This document shows, piece after piece, positions 1 through 12,922 of a stretch of DNA of 64,000 nt. This DNA comes from Lingula anatina (taxonomy: Eukaryota > Animalia > Brachiopoda): contig CM120648.1 in NCBI GenBank assembly GCA_051362555.1, positions 6,816,587 through 6,880,586 on the forward strand, given 5' to 3'. Numbering within the stretch: the stretch's first letter is position 1; every line of letters begins with the position of its first letter. The notes under the pieces are model-generated. The model had not been told where the DNA came from and made no database searches. It was given only the letters and a program-made list of their open reading frames with translations. The translations under genes and the position numbers were made by a program.

Positions 1-225
1 TTATTTTTTGCACAATCTTAATTTATCAGGTGTTTCAGTGTCAAAGATACTATATACATGTATATTATAACCTTGTCCAAAAGCAGCAAAATAAATATGC
101 AAAACAAAACCAACATGCAGAGTGTTGCAAACCTTCAATTGTTTCATAATTACACTGAGTAGATGAAAGACTTCACCTGTCTTACTTTAAACTACATTAT
201 ATTAATCATAGTCCACACATCTTAC

Positions 226-2281
226 TTGATATGTTCTTGCAGATTCAGATACGTTTTATATGTTTTGCCACACAGATGACAGGTCAGGGGCCTTCCTGAA
301 TGCTCGCGCTGTTTGTGCGCCTTGACTAAATCACGACGCTTGAAAACCTGCCCACAGTCCTCACATGGAAACTCTCCAGTGACTTCCCCCAAGTGGTGCA
401 CTCTTTGTAGGTGATGCTTAAGACCATGACTGCTGTGATACATGCGCCCACACAAACTGCATAGACGTCTCATGGCCCCTCGGAACATCTGCAGGCAACA
501 AATCAACAAATTATAATAATAATAATAATAATAATAATCTAAACACTGTCCTCCTGCTGGTAATTCCTGCATTTTTATTTGGCTTAAAATTTGTACAATT
601 TATCTTGCATACGTGTTGAAGATGAACATTTTGCTATGACAAAACTTTGGTCTTCTAAAAAAGAAATATATTCACAATTAATTCTTTTGGATATAAGTTA
701 TAAATCTCATACTGAATTTCAGAGATTATCAAAAAAAAATCTCCATTTTCATCATGTCTCTGCCATTTCCAAAAATGAACAGGATGAAAGTTGAGAGGAG
801 TTTCCAGTAATTTCTGACACTCAGGGAGTCAGGGTGAAGTAATACAAACCAATACCTGGATGTAGTTTCTTTTCTCAGGGTGCCCCCTATGTTTCACTTT
901 GAGATGAACATACACAGCGCTGCCGTTCTTGCATGGAAACTGACATATGGGACACAGCACGGGATCACCATTCCGTTTTGTCGCATTTTTTCTGGTTTTC
1001 ATGATTCGTTTTTCCCTTTGGGAGGAGTTGTCTGTAGTGTGTGAAGTTTCTTTTGCATCTGTTGTAGAGTTTGTTTCAGATTTAGGATCTCCAGTTTTGT
1101 CATTCTCTGCATTATTTGTTACAGTATTTGTGGGCATATCAACATGTTTGTCAGTATCACCTTTTGACCCCAAGTTCACATCACTTTCAGGTTGGTTGTC
1201 ATGGGACAAATGTGCTGTTGTTTTAATATCTTTGCCCTCCTCGATGCGGTATCTTCGTGGCATTTTTATTACCCTTCTGTTCCTTTTCAAATTTGTGTTT
1301 CCTCTTCCTTTGAGGATATTGTCTGAGGGGTTTTCTTCTTGTTTTTGAGGGAGGTGTCTCTCTTTCTCACTATCATTAATTGCTGTAATGGTTGAACTTG
1401 GTTGAATGAATGCTGTTTGATCTGAAAGGGTGATTCATATACTAGTATAATATTATTACATGGGAGAATATTATAATCATAATTGCCATGTGGGGTCACT
1501 CTCTTTGCCATAGCTGAAAACCTCATTTAGAGGTGCTAATGCAAGAAAGATGGCTGCATGATAAATATACATAATACTACCAATGGACATTATAATTTTT
1601 CATATTACATGTGCTTTATTTCATTCATACCATTAAATGCATCTGACATCTTAACATTAAATCTGCAAAACAAAAAATAATAACGATAAATAAAACTGAA
1701 AAATTATGCAAGTTTAAATGATGTCAATGGTATTAAATTAAATCAAATGCACACATACCAGACTCTGCCCGACATGTCACTTTCCTGGCAGCAAACCCCC
1801 TTGGTTTTTTAGCGGGTCGCCCTGGGCCCCTTTTAGGTTTTTCTTCAAGTTCTCCCTGTACTGTTTTGGATTCACCATTCTCTACACTTTGAACAGTGTC
1901 ACACTTTCCTTGTTTTTCGCTTTGGACATTCTCAGGTGTCTGTTTTACGTTTTCTTCACACTCGATATCTTTTGGCTTGTCTGCGTTATCGACATCAGAC
2001 ACCAATTCGAACTCAAAATCGTCCATGCATTCTAGATCACAAACAAAATCACCCAAAACGGGCTCTCGGAGGAAGTTCCCTGCTATTTTAAAGGACACGC
2101 TTCCTGTTGCTTCTTTTGTGAACTGAAACTGTCCCCTCTTGCAAGTACAAACTAGTTTGACCTCCCCTGAATTTGGAGTCCAAGTCTTTGATAAAAGTGT
2201 GGCTAGTTCCCGCGATAAATTCAACGAAAGAGATGAGCAAATATTTGCGGCCTTTTCTGTTCCTTGTGCGGATTCACTCAT
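226..2281 (-). CDS. C2H2 zinc-finger protein, 5' part (exons 2281-1759, 1421-856, 488-226; continues beyond the left edge of the window)
   Basis: GT-AG bounded, phase-compatible exons. C2H2 motifs CPICQFPCKNGSAVYVHLKVKH, CSLCGRMYHSSHGLKHHLQRVH, CEDCGQVFKRRDLVKAHKQREH, CHLCGKTYKTYLNLQEH. AT-hook-like PKRGPGRPAKK in exon 1. Confidence 0.9.
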
Positions 2282-3248
2282 GATCCCTTGTAATAAGTTC
2301 TATAAGCTTCAAGAGTATTCTGTTTCCACGAATTTGACAATAAAATCATACAAATTTTGAAGTATCAAGATACTTGAAGCAATCTGCCACAAAATTCTCA
2401 TCGGCCCTCGTCAGGATTCTGTTCACCAACACAAACTGAAACAACACACCATTTTGTTCCAAATACAGCTCCTGGATTTCCAGGGTATTAGTTTCAAGCC
2501 TCCAAGAAGAAGAGTTGTTTACATACAAGACAAGCCGCTAACGTAAACTTTGTACATCCTCACTAGTGACCATTTTATAAGAAATTCTATTTTTTCACAT
2601 TGTAATTTCTGTCATCTCCTCCTATCCTAAACACTACTTGGAACGGTAAGGATTAATACCCCACCCACCCACCGTAAACACATCACCAGGGTATCGCCGC
2701 TACATAAGCAGTTCAGAATTTTGGTCACTTTGGGATGAGGCTTTCACTGTGGTGCTGTATTCTATTACTTTTACAGTCAACATTTTTTCAGCGTTAGAGT
2801 CTTAAAAATAACCACCCACGCACAAAACAGATTCCTAATGCAGATGTTATTGTGAAGAATATTTTTTAATAATTAGGTCCCAGACAATGTCATAGACATT
2901 CGGGGAATGCGGTCTCCGAGGGGGGGGGGGGGGGGGGGGTAACTGTTAACAACGTGGGCAAGTGTAGAAATATGCGATGGCTACCCATAGACATCATCTA
3001 TAGTTTTATAATTACTACATGTATTACTGGTATGTCTTGATTTACCAAATGTATATTTGTAACTAAAAGTCAGTGAAAAACTCAAGTGAAAAAAGAAGCT
3101 ATATGAAATATCAAGGTTTATTATATACTAATCCAGTTTTAATTTATATTTTACTGCATTTTTAAACACGAAATCACAAGAAAACGATCAATCCCTGCGA
3201 GATTCTTTGCATTACATCTTGTACATCTTAGAGGAAATATCACAGTCT

Positions 3249-3686
3249 TCACTTCGCCTTATCTCTGATCCAAGTAAAATTGTATTGATTTCCTCCCTTT
3301 AGGACGACCTCCGCGTCCGTTAAACGGTACATGTCAGTATGAACGCCAAACAGCTTGGCTTTGCTAAATAAGAGGTCACTTTCGTACAACTCCACGTGGT
3401 CAATTTCAACTTCTATCGGGCGCTGGTCATCTTGTAACTCCGCAATCGTCCTGTAACCGCTCTGATCCTTTCGCCGAAGAACTAGTCCCTTCCACCAGGT
3501 GACGTGTGGACCCAGTGCAAAGCGTATTTTTAACTTGTGTTTGCTGCGGCACATACCTAAAAAGTTTTAAAAAATTGACTGAAAATATTATGTTTAATGA
3601 TAAGTACCGGAAACATGCACGTTTTTATTTGATCAAGTTGTGTAAATGCATAACTAGTGCACATTCTAAATGTATTTCTAGCAAAA

Positions 3687-3718
<32 letters not shown>

Positions 3719-5349
3719 ATTCAACGTCAGAAATGTACAGAAATGACAATATATACCACTAATGTTTAATTAACGATTGGAATAAGAGTGCAGCACAATG
3801 TTTACGTTTAGGCTTTTGTACAAGTACATTGCAGGACATTGCGTACATACGCATCATAGGTTTGCAGCTAAGCAAATAAAGTTAATGGAATACACTGCTA
3901 TAATGCTTATAATTTGCCGGATATTACAGACAATCGCGCAGAAGTAACCACAGTACGTGTTTGTATCTTGGTCTGTTATCCAGTGCCAAGTCATTATGCC
4001 ACGAGTTTTTTATAATACACGTGCTTGTGGTTGTGTATACTGGTACGTATGCTTGGTTTCGCGCCCCTATTTACACGATTCAAATGGCCAATATGTATAA
4101 ATGTTGGTTCACTGGCAATCGTCTATAAAAATCTTAAATAATCATAAAAGGTGACTTTATTTCATATGAAATAAAAATCTTCGGCTGTTGCTGACAGAAA
4201 AAAATGTACGTCATATATTTTAATATTTTAATAAGGTAGGCTTACAGCAGCCGGGAGATAACCAGCGACGGGGTACTGGTAAACATATAGCTATACGTCG
4301 TCTGCTTTGACCTGGGTACGGTCAAATAAAAATCTGTCCATCGATCACTGATTTGGTAAACGTTTCTTAGTATTTGACTGAAACAAGTTCCTTAACGTAA
4401 CATCAAAACGTAAACTTAACAGGGGCGGATCCAGGATTATTTGAAGGGGTGGGGGTCCGGAACGACAAGCCTCGCGACTTGAAGCCGCGAGTCAATACCG
4501 TACGTACCTGGGAGGACTTCCACGAGAATTTCGTCTCCATCTTGCATCCCCGGTCCGATCTCGTCCAGTCGCACGTCTATAGGCTGGAATAATGACCAGA
4601 GAATAAAATGTCACTTAGAGGACAAAAATAGCTTGTTTTTGGCGATAGTTTAACACGTAAATTATCCCCTTCCTAGTGTTTTCAACAAGTACCCTTTCCT
4701 TTAACGTAAAAATGAAGGTCAGAAGGGTTTAAATCCAATAATTCATAACAAGATTTCTCTTTTCTTATTACATTTGTGAGTTTATTTTCAATTTCGCCCT
4801 CCTCTTCTATACTATCGTAGTTGGAATTCCCTTATGATCCATATTATTTCCACCGATGCTATGTAAGATCTCACCCCTTTAGGCACTAAGGGCTGTAGGC
4901 TAAGTAGGCCCCTATTTGACCATATTATGAACACATGTACAGTACGGTATGTTAATGAGGCCTTCGGCAGAATCTTATATTGGAAGTGTATGACAAAACT
5001 GCCATTATAGTTTAATCTCCCCAGTTATATTTATAAACAGACGTTTTTCCATCATTACTCCCTTAACATCCCACTCCGTCTTTCATGTAGTGGTAACCCC
5101 CCCCCCCCTTGCCCTACCTCCTCAATACTTTGAATATTTCATACTTTGTTAAGTAAGCTACCTTCATTTTATCTTTAGGCCTTCTTTGCCTTACACTGGT
5201 CACAGCTAATGGTGATTCACACTCACGTGAGCCGACGAAGGTAAAAAAATCGAATTGACTTCGTTGGCACCAAGCTTAGCGCAGTGTCACCATATGACAC
5301 GTATGCCGTACGCTGACGTATTACCTCTAGATAACAAGTTACTCACCAT
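3249..5349 (-). CDS. 128-aa protein of unknown function (exons 5349-5347 [ATG only], 4583-4508, 3556-3249)
   Basis: AAAC-ATG|GTGAGT donor (phase 0), then ttattccag|CCT...CCA G|gtacgt, then ttag|GT ATG TGC. The exons join in frame (387 nt) to give MPIDVRLDEIGPGMQDGDEILVEVLPGMCRSKHKLKIRFALGPHVTWWKG...FSKAKLFGVHTDMY...YNFTWIRDKAK. AATAAA on the - strand at ~3117-3122. Confidence 0.8.
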
Positions 5350-5719
5350 GTTTGTACAGCAAGACACGACCCTTGTCCCAATATCTCACAAACTCGATGA
5401 TAAGGGGGGTGATTGCAGTACACAGCGATAAGACTGGGAATCGCAACTCGAAGACGGCTTCCCCTGTTGTCCTGTCCGAAACCCTCCCCAAATAACCCTC
5501 GTTTTCGGTTTCGGTACATGCAAGGTGATTTCTCAAAACGCGTCAAGTGCTTGTGTTTTCGAAAGTAGGTCAGTATGAAGTAGTATCGATTTTTTCGGGA
5601 GAACCAGAAGCAAAATCAATAACATATGCAGAAGTAATAGAATTTCTTTCTTACATAATTGAAATGCCTTGGGAACCCACACACCATCGTTTCAATTACC
5701 ATTTGTACATCTTATTTCA

Positions 5720-5930
5720 TGGGAGTGGGGGAGGGGTGGGGGGTGGGGTGAGGTTGGGGAGGGGGAGGTCGGGTGTGGGTGGGGTAGGTTGAGGTCGGAT
5801 GTGGGTAGGTTATGGTTGGGGAGGGGTGGGGTGAGGTGGGCGGGGGTAAGTTATGGTCAAAGAAGGGTGGGGTAAGGTGAGGTGGGGGTACTGGTAGGTT
5901 GAGGTCAGGGTGGGGTTGGAGGTGGGCAAG
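5720..5930 (+). repeat. G-rich low-complexity tract of GGG(G)TGGGG-like units, G-quadruplex-prone
   Basis: Many GGG/GGGG runs separated by 1-7 nt (ggggaggggtgggggtggggtgaggttgggga...). Confidence 0.8.
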
Positions 5931-6209
5931 GATAAAATTAAAGTCGTCAAGTGAAGCACTAGACGATTTTTCTTACCATAACGTAAAGGGGGCCTAAGCC
6001 ACAGGGATGAAAACTTGTTTTTTTTTCTCTTTTCGTCCATTCTTCTGTTTTTAAACCTTAATTTTGAGAACGGGGTAACCCAGAATATGCCTTAATGAAG
6101 TAGGGGCACAAATTACTTTCAGTTACTTGCAGTTATTTTAAGGCTTTTATTTTAACAATGACTTTTATATAGCAAAGAAAAATGGAAAGAGAAATTAAAA
6201 ACAGAAGTA

Positions 6210-6242
<33 letters not shown>

Positions 6243-6769
6243 ATTATTATTATTAATATTATTATTATTATTATTATTTGCACTTTTTATTTGAACTTTT
6301 CTGATGTATACCATGGGTTTGGCTAGCAAGCTACTAGTAAAGCTCTCACCTGTACTTGACAAGAGAGTTATTCGTTTCTTTTATTTCCCATATATCTCTC
6401 TCTAGCCCGTTATCGCGTTGAAACTGTTTCCACTGTGTATCTGAGAATAAATTCTTCCTATTTGCCCACCGTTTAATTGTGTCAATTACACTGGTTTATA
6501 AGGCCCCTCCCCCCTCTCTCATATGCCATTAAACAATCGCAAGGAACCATAAAAACGACACTTTGTCATTGCCTCATTATTCATTAACACAATGTCATTA
6601 CTGCTCTGAGACGGAGTCCAGAGTCCAGAGACTCTGAACTTGTATGGGGCGATTTTAACGTTTTGAAACGCTTAATGAAATAGAATTAACGCACGGTTCA
6701 TTTGGTCGGACCTGCCGTTGCATTTTGTCAACTGAAGCTGTGTTAGATTTAAGTTCACATGACACCAAG

Positions 6770-9700
6770 ATGGGGCTAACAAGATTTATGCTTCTGATCA
6801 TGGCGATGGTTACTGTTTTTGTCTCAGGTAGGTTGAATGGGATTGGAGAATTTGGTTTCTACAAAATGAGGTAGCTTTTTATTTTTTACTATTTTTTTTA
6901 TAAGAATGACTGAACATTGGCTTGCATATACCTGTGCATGCTGTATAAAGAGCACCAAATAACTTCAAATTCTGTTGATCCTGTACGTATATTAACACGT
7001 GTATGGGGGTGGGGGTAGTGTGTGTAGGGGGTGCAGGTACGAAGTAGCGGGGTAACAGAGATTCAACTATATCCCCCTTTTCCTTTCTAATTAAATTGGC
7101 GGTATCAGCCCCCCGTTTCCTCATAAAATGATAAAAACGAAAAAAGCGCGTTTCATTATTGAAAATATACCTTTTTATTAAAAAATGAAATGAAAAAAAG
7201 AGAGAAAATGAACATCGAAGCAGGGAGCGGAAGAGAAGGTCAATGATGATTTAAATGTATCAGATTTTTCATCAAACTTTTTTCTACGCGCTTTGTGCAA
7301 TATTTCCATCAAGCTCAAGTAAATCTTTCTTTAATTAACATCAAAGTTGCTAAAAAAATTCTGTGTCATCTAACAGAATATCGGTCAGTTGCACAACAGA
7401 GACACCAAGATATACCTCATACGCACCTGTTTGCATGCGGTGTATGTTCGGAAACAATAGCATGTCATGTAATGAGAACTGCCCCGAATATCAAACGATT
7501 GAGATTACGTAAAGACCTTGGTACATACACCAGATGAAATCGAAAGTTTTGTTTTGTTTTGCTTTGTTTTGTTTGTTTGTTTTAATTTTATTATAATTAT
7601 TATAACTATTTTTTTTTTTTTTTTTTTTTTTGCGTTTATGACTTTGTAAATACAACAGAATGCTCTTGCTTGTAGTTGTCCTTGTTATCATATGAAACCC
7701 CCCAACAGTCAAGACTAGGTAAAAACGTACGTTGTATCAGTCCATTTGTACATGTGTATATCCGTCCTCCGTCTTAACTCCCAGGGCTTATAACATGCAT
7801 CCATCTACGACTAGCTCATATAGAAGCTTGAATATCTACACAAGACAGCAAAATGTTATTATCTTTAAAAATTTTCAAAAGCTGAGATTATTCATCTATA
7901 TTCAATAACTACCTAATCTATCAACCAATTTTTCTTTCATTTCTTCATTCGTTTATTTCTATTTATTCATTTACATATTTACATGTAGATGTTCATTCAG
8001 CAATACATTCACAAATCATTTACGCACGAATCCATTCATTTATGCACTGATCTGTTCATTAACGCCCAGGTGACGTCACCAACCAGTGCCCGTCAAGACC
8101 CCAGGACGACGGCTGGACCATCTATATATTCCGGGGTAAATGTTACCAGTTTGTGGACGTGGAAAGGTATTGGACAGAGGCCAGAGATTTCTGCAGGGGC
8201 AGAGGCGGTGTACAGGTATTTAAACATGTACCATTTACATATACATGTAACTTATGATAAAGCCTACACAACCCCGTCTTAGAGGGTCCAGTTTCATCAA
8301 CACTGGATAGCGTCTCAGTTTTCCTGAGAATAACAGCCATTTTAAACCGTTGCATATCAATACCAGAGACAAAAATGTATAAAGCATGTCTTTCAAAATT
8401 ATTTGAACTAAAATGACATGAACATAGCTTCTGTATTATAGGTGGAAATTTACGACCAGGAGACCATGGATTTCGTCATCGACAAACTGAACAACATCGG
8501 TTGGGACAGGAATGGAGTTTGGGCAGGAGCACATGACATAGATCAAGAGGGTTCATGGCAATGGACCTCTGGTAAGTGAGGATACATGTGAGTACTTCAT
8601 ATTGGATAAGAATCGCAAATCACCTAGATAAGCCTGTACGTGTGTCAAGGTGCTGTGATCTGGGTATTATACATGTACATGTATCATATTGAGCTTGGAG
8701 GAGCAATAAAGGGAGCTGCTTCTTGGTACACACACTGGACAATAGAAGTGTCACCCCTACTGAACCAATATAGGATATAAAATTCTATTTGAAAATGGTA
8801 TATTTTATATAGGTTACCTTTTACCTTTGTTCGAATTGGAAATTGAAATTATTAAGTCTAATCTTTCGAAAAATCTCAATATCTGAAAGAAATATATAAA
8901 ATTATTTTTTCAAAAATATCATACCAGTCATAACCTTTGACCTATCCTAGGACGTGATCTTAGTCGGTACAGCAACTGGATGCCTGGAGAACCGAACAAT
9001 GGCGGCTGGTTAGGAGGCCAGGACTGTGTTGTCATGAAGAGGGACGAAGACTGGAAATGGGACGATGTCCACTGCTCTCTTTTCATGTGGCATTACAACT
9101 TTATCTGCATGTACGGTAAGTTCGTTTGCTTTCTGTGAAGTCCAACAGCTCAATATCTCTCTAAACTGTACACGTAGGCCTACCTATATTGAAAAAAGCA
9201 TATATTTGAACAAACATGACGTGCAAGAGATAAATGACAATTGCTCTACCAGTAATTGTTTTAAAATTTTGACGGTAGAAATGATATTTCAGATGTAGTA
9301 AGTTCCACTGGCTCGCCCACCACCACACCGACAGCAGTGCCACCTACTGCGAGACCCAGCACTACAGCAACACCACCTACCGCAAAACCCAGCACCATAG
9401 CGACAGCGGTGACACCTAGTGCCAAACCCAGCTCTACACCGACACCTACTACGCGACGAACAGCGCCACCTACTGAGCCGGCCCCCAGCAGTGATATCAG
9501 CACAGTCAGTATTCCGGCTGTGACCGATGGTAATTCTCTTTTCATTTTCTTTAGGTCTGTTTTTTTTTTATTATTATTATTATTATTATCTTTTTATTTA
9601 TTTATTTATTTATTTATTTTAATTTATTTTATTTTATTTTTTTTTTTGTTATATTCAGTTGAAATTTATGTTTTGAATGAATCATTTTTTGCCAGGTTAG

Positions 9701-11010
9701 AATTTCTCGATTTTTTTACTTACCTCACAGCCATGGCATCAGCCCAAAGAAGTCGATTCAATCCTTTATTTGTTTGATGATTTTTGTGTAATTATCCAAA
9801 TTTTATAATAAAACTGTATGAATTTATATATTTTTATCCCATTCCATGAATAACAGTGACTCTGAAATTGTGAACTACTTTCGATGTGAAAGTGTTCATT
9901 ACGAATGTACTTAGGTGTTTATTAGGAATATACTGAACCGGTATTAAAAAGTTCTGTTTTGATGTTACAATCCGTTCAGGCGAGGTGTGGCGCTGCCCTG
10001 CAAGGCCAAGACAGGACAACTGGACAATATACACATTCCGTGACAAATGTTACCAATATGTAGACATAGAAACCTACTGGACAGAAGCCGGGGATTACTG
10101 CTCGGAGAGGGATGGCCTGCAGCTGGAAATATTTGACCGAGCCACGATGGATTTTACCATTGATAAACTGAACAACATCGGATGGAATCAGACCGGAGTA
10201 TGGACGGGGGCCCACGACAGGGGGATAGAAGGCACGTGGACTTGGACATCCGGTGAGTAGGATTACCGAAAGGATCTTCCGGTAGAATTCTTGAGCACAG
10301 AAAGGGTGACACTAACGAATTATTATATTTTAAATGCATTTATATTATCCGAGGGTTTTGACACATCTACCACAATGCGAACTTGTATTGGAGTAGTCTG
10401 TTAGAATGAATACCTTATTAAAAAAAAAAAAAAACAGACATGTATCTGTGTAATTTAGTTGAAACGCGAATTTCTTAAATTATACTTTTCGTATACATGT
10501 ATATAAACTACTCTTCGTTGATCAGTGAGCCAGGAAATGTCAAATCATGTACCCATTTAGCGCTCAATAAACATTATTTATTTATTATTTCTATAAAAGC
10601 CTCTCATTGCATGAAGACATCTATCAATTCGTAACACAATATAAGATACCTTTCACTAATGCCCCTATTTCACACAGATCACGAATCCCACGAATCGCCA
10701 GGAATTGGCGATTCAACCACGAATCCTGAAATTTGCCAATTCCTGGCGATTCGTGGGATTCGTGGTCTGTGTGAAATAAGGGCATAAGCAATATTTCCGT
10801 TTTGATAACCTAGGCGCGGATCTGTCCCAGTTCTCATACTGGGCGCCGGGTCAACCCAGTGGAAGTGGCTGGCTGAACGACCCGGACTGTGCCGTCATGT
10901 GGAGAGACAGTGGCTGGCGGTGGGACGACATTACCTGCTATTACTATGGCTGGCATTATAACTTCATTTGCATGTACAGTACGGGACAATTTTTTTTTTG
11001 TGTAATTCGA

Positions 11011-11049
<39 letters not shown>

Positions 11050-11703
11050 GCAGATAGATGGACAGATAAATAGATAGATAGATAGATAGATAGATATAGT
11101 ATATGCGCTTGTTCTTAACTACGTGCTTTTCTTTGCCTGTGTCTTACATGCGTTCCCAAGAGTAGCTCACAGTACACGATCTATTTAATTTTACTTTTGA
11201 ACATTTGCGTTAATTACTTTTGTATGCATGTGTGTGCTAATATTCTTACTACCTATTAAACATTTCATCTTAAAAGATATGACATCGGAACCAAGTTCCT
11301 TTCCAACATCAACAACGCCAGTGGCCTCAACTGTACCCAAACTAACAGGGAAACCAGGTGATGACAAAACCACTCTGAGTACGACTACCAAGGCTGGAAG
11401 TGATGGGAGAGGTGAGGGTTAATTATGAACAGGGGTGGGGTAAAAGAGTATGCGTGTGTGTGTGCTCGCGCAAATCATGCACGGGCACGTAAAATATAAT
11501 GGTTCTGCAAAACTGAATTAGACATACTGGATGCATTGAATTAGGCCTATTAGAACGTGTGCACAAGGCAAAAGAGGTAGGCCAAAACCAACCTCCACCC
11601 CGAAGCACAAAGACTAACCACAGAGTTAACAGTCGATTTTGAAACCCACTAATATGAACGCTGGATTAAGCACATTAGTACAGTTATTATTATTATTATT
11701 ATA

Positions 11704-11736
<33 letters not shown>

Positions 11737-12922
11737 TTTTGCAGCACCTGGTGGTAAAACTGATGCACAAACAGCGCAGCGTCAAAGTGGAAATGAGAAC
11801 GGTACGTGCCTGAAATAGAGCATGCTATACCCCATAAAATATGTGTAATTATATTTGATATGTGTTGTATATTGTAACCATTTAATAGTCTCAGAGCAGC
11901 GACGTACCACAGTTACTAATTAGTCTGGAAGCGTCCAAATGAACTGAGATACATGTATGTTTGGGTGCATGTAGTAGTGAAATACTTCTTGTCTGTTTTT
12001 GAAAGGTCGACAAACGGTTTGAATTTTAAAAAAGCCCTGTTATTGTCAACATTAGGAAATAACTTCTTCGATTATGTATCATTTTTTATGTATCATTTTT
12101 TTAGAAAAACATTATTAAGTGTACTCGTGTATATATATGTTTAACTTGACAGTTAAAAGGTATACATAATTCAACAGTTCTTCGACCTACGTTTCAGCTC
12201 TCTATATCGGCATCGGCGTGTTTCTCGGTCTGCTGGTGGTGGCGGTGATCATTGCAAGTGTCGTGTTACTCAGGTTTAAGCCGTGGAGAAGGTATGTATA
12301 TAACGTCTTCTATACCACAATGAGAACCGTTTGAGATAGCCCTGTTTGAAATCGTATAGAAAGATAACCCAATATTATTGGGTACTAAAAGAAAAAAAAT
12401 TAGTTGAAAGGTGATATTTTGTGAAGAAATTAGACGTATTTAGCGACATGAAATATACGAGGTTTACAGGTAGATTTGACTTAGCGAAATGGGGTAAATA
12501 TGGTAAGACATCCTTAAACATATCTACGATTTCATACTTTCTCTGCTTAAGATTAAACTTTCCCCGAGCGCGAAATGATCTAATGCTACCTTGTACTAGT
12601 AGCCATATGAGATATTGTAAATGTTACACTGTATTCATTCGATAGGTTCTACTTCAAACACAATGACAGTAATGACGTGGACGCCATAATCAGCTACGAT
12701 AACAATGCATACGGTGACGTCACTATCAAAGGAACCGGTATGGATCGAATAGATAATGCTCTTCCGGCGCAAGATGACCCAGTGTACGCTGTTGGGGGAG
12801 AAGAGAATCACGACAGTCAGCCAGGTGCTATAGAGGTGATTTACGACAGCCATCAAGCAGTCTTTGGTACAAATGAAGTGTTTCACTTTGGGTCGAAAAA
12901 CGACTCAGACGCAGAGGCGTAG
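6770..12922 (+). CDS. C-type lectin-mucin type-I membrane receptor 1, two CTLDs, ~578 aa (exons 6770-6827, 8070-8215, 8442-8571, 8951-9115, 9293-9529, 9980-10252, 10814-10978, 11277-11411, 11745-11801, 12198-12291, 12646-12922)
   Basis: Signal peptide MGLTRFMLLIMAMVTVFVSG. CTLD1 (KCYQF, VWAG, EPN, WDD, FICMY), T/P linker, CTLD2 (VWTG, QPS, WDD), S/T stalk, TM LYIGIGVFLGLLVVAVIIASVVLL followed by RFKPWRR, Tyr-containing tail. All junctions GT-AG; total 1737 nt in frame. Confidence 0.9.
10660..10784. mobile_element. Hairpin MITE (PIF/Harbinger-Tourist-like) in an intron of receptor 1
   Basis: ~50-bp near-perfect inverted arms (tgcccctatttcacacagatcacgaatcccacgaatcgccaggaattggc / gccaattcctggcgattcgtgggattcgtggtctgtgtgaaataagggca), flanked by TAA on both sides (3-bp TSD). 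Confidence 0.8.
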
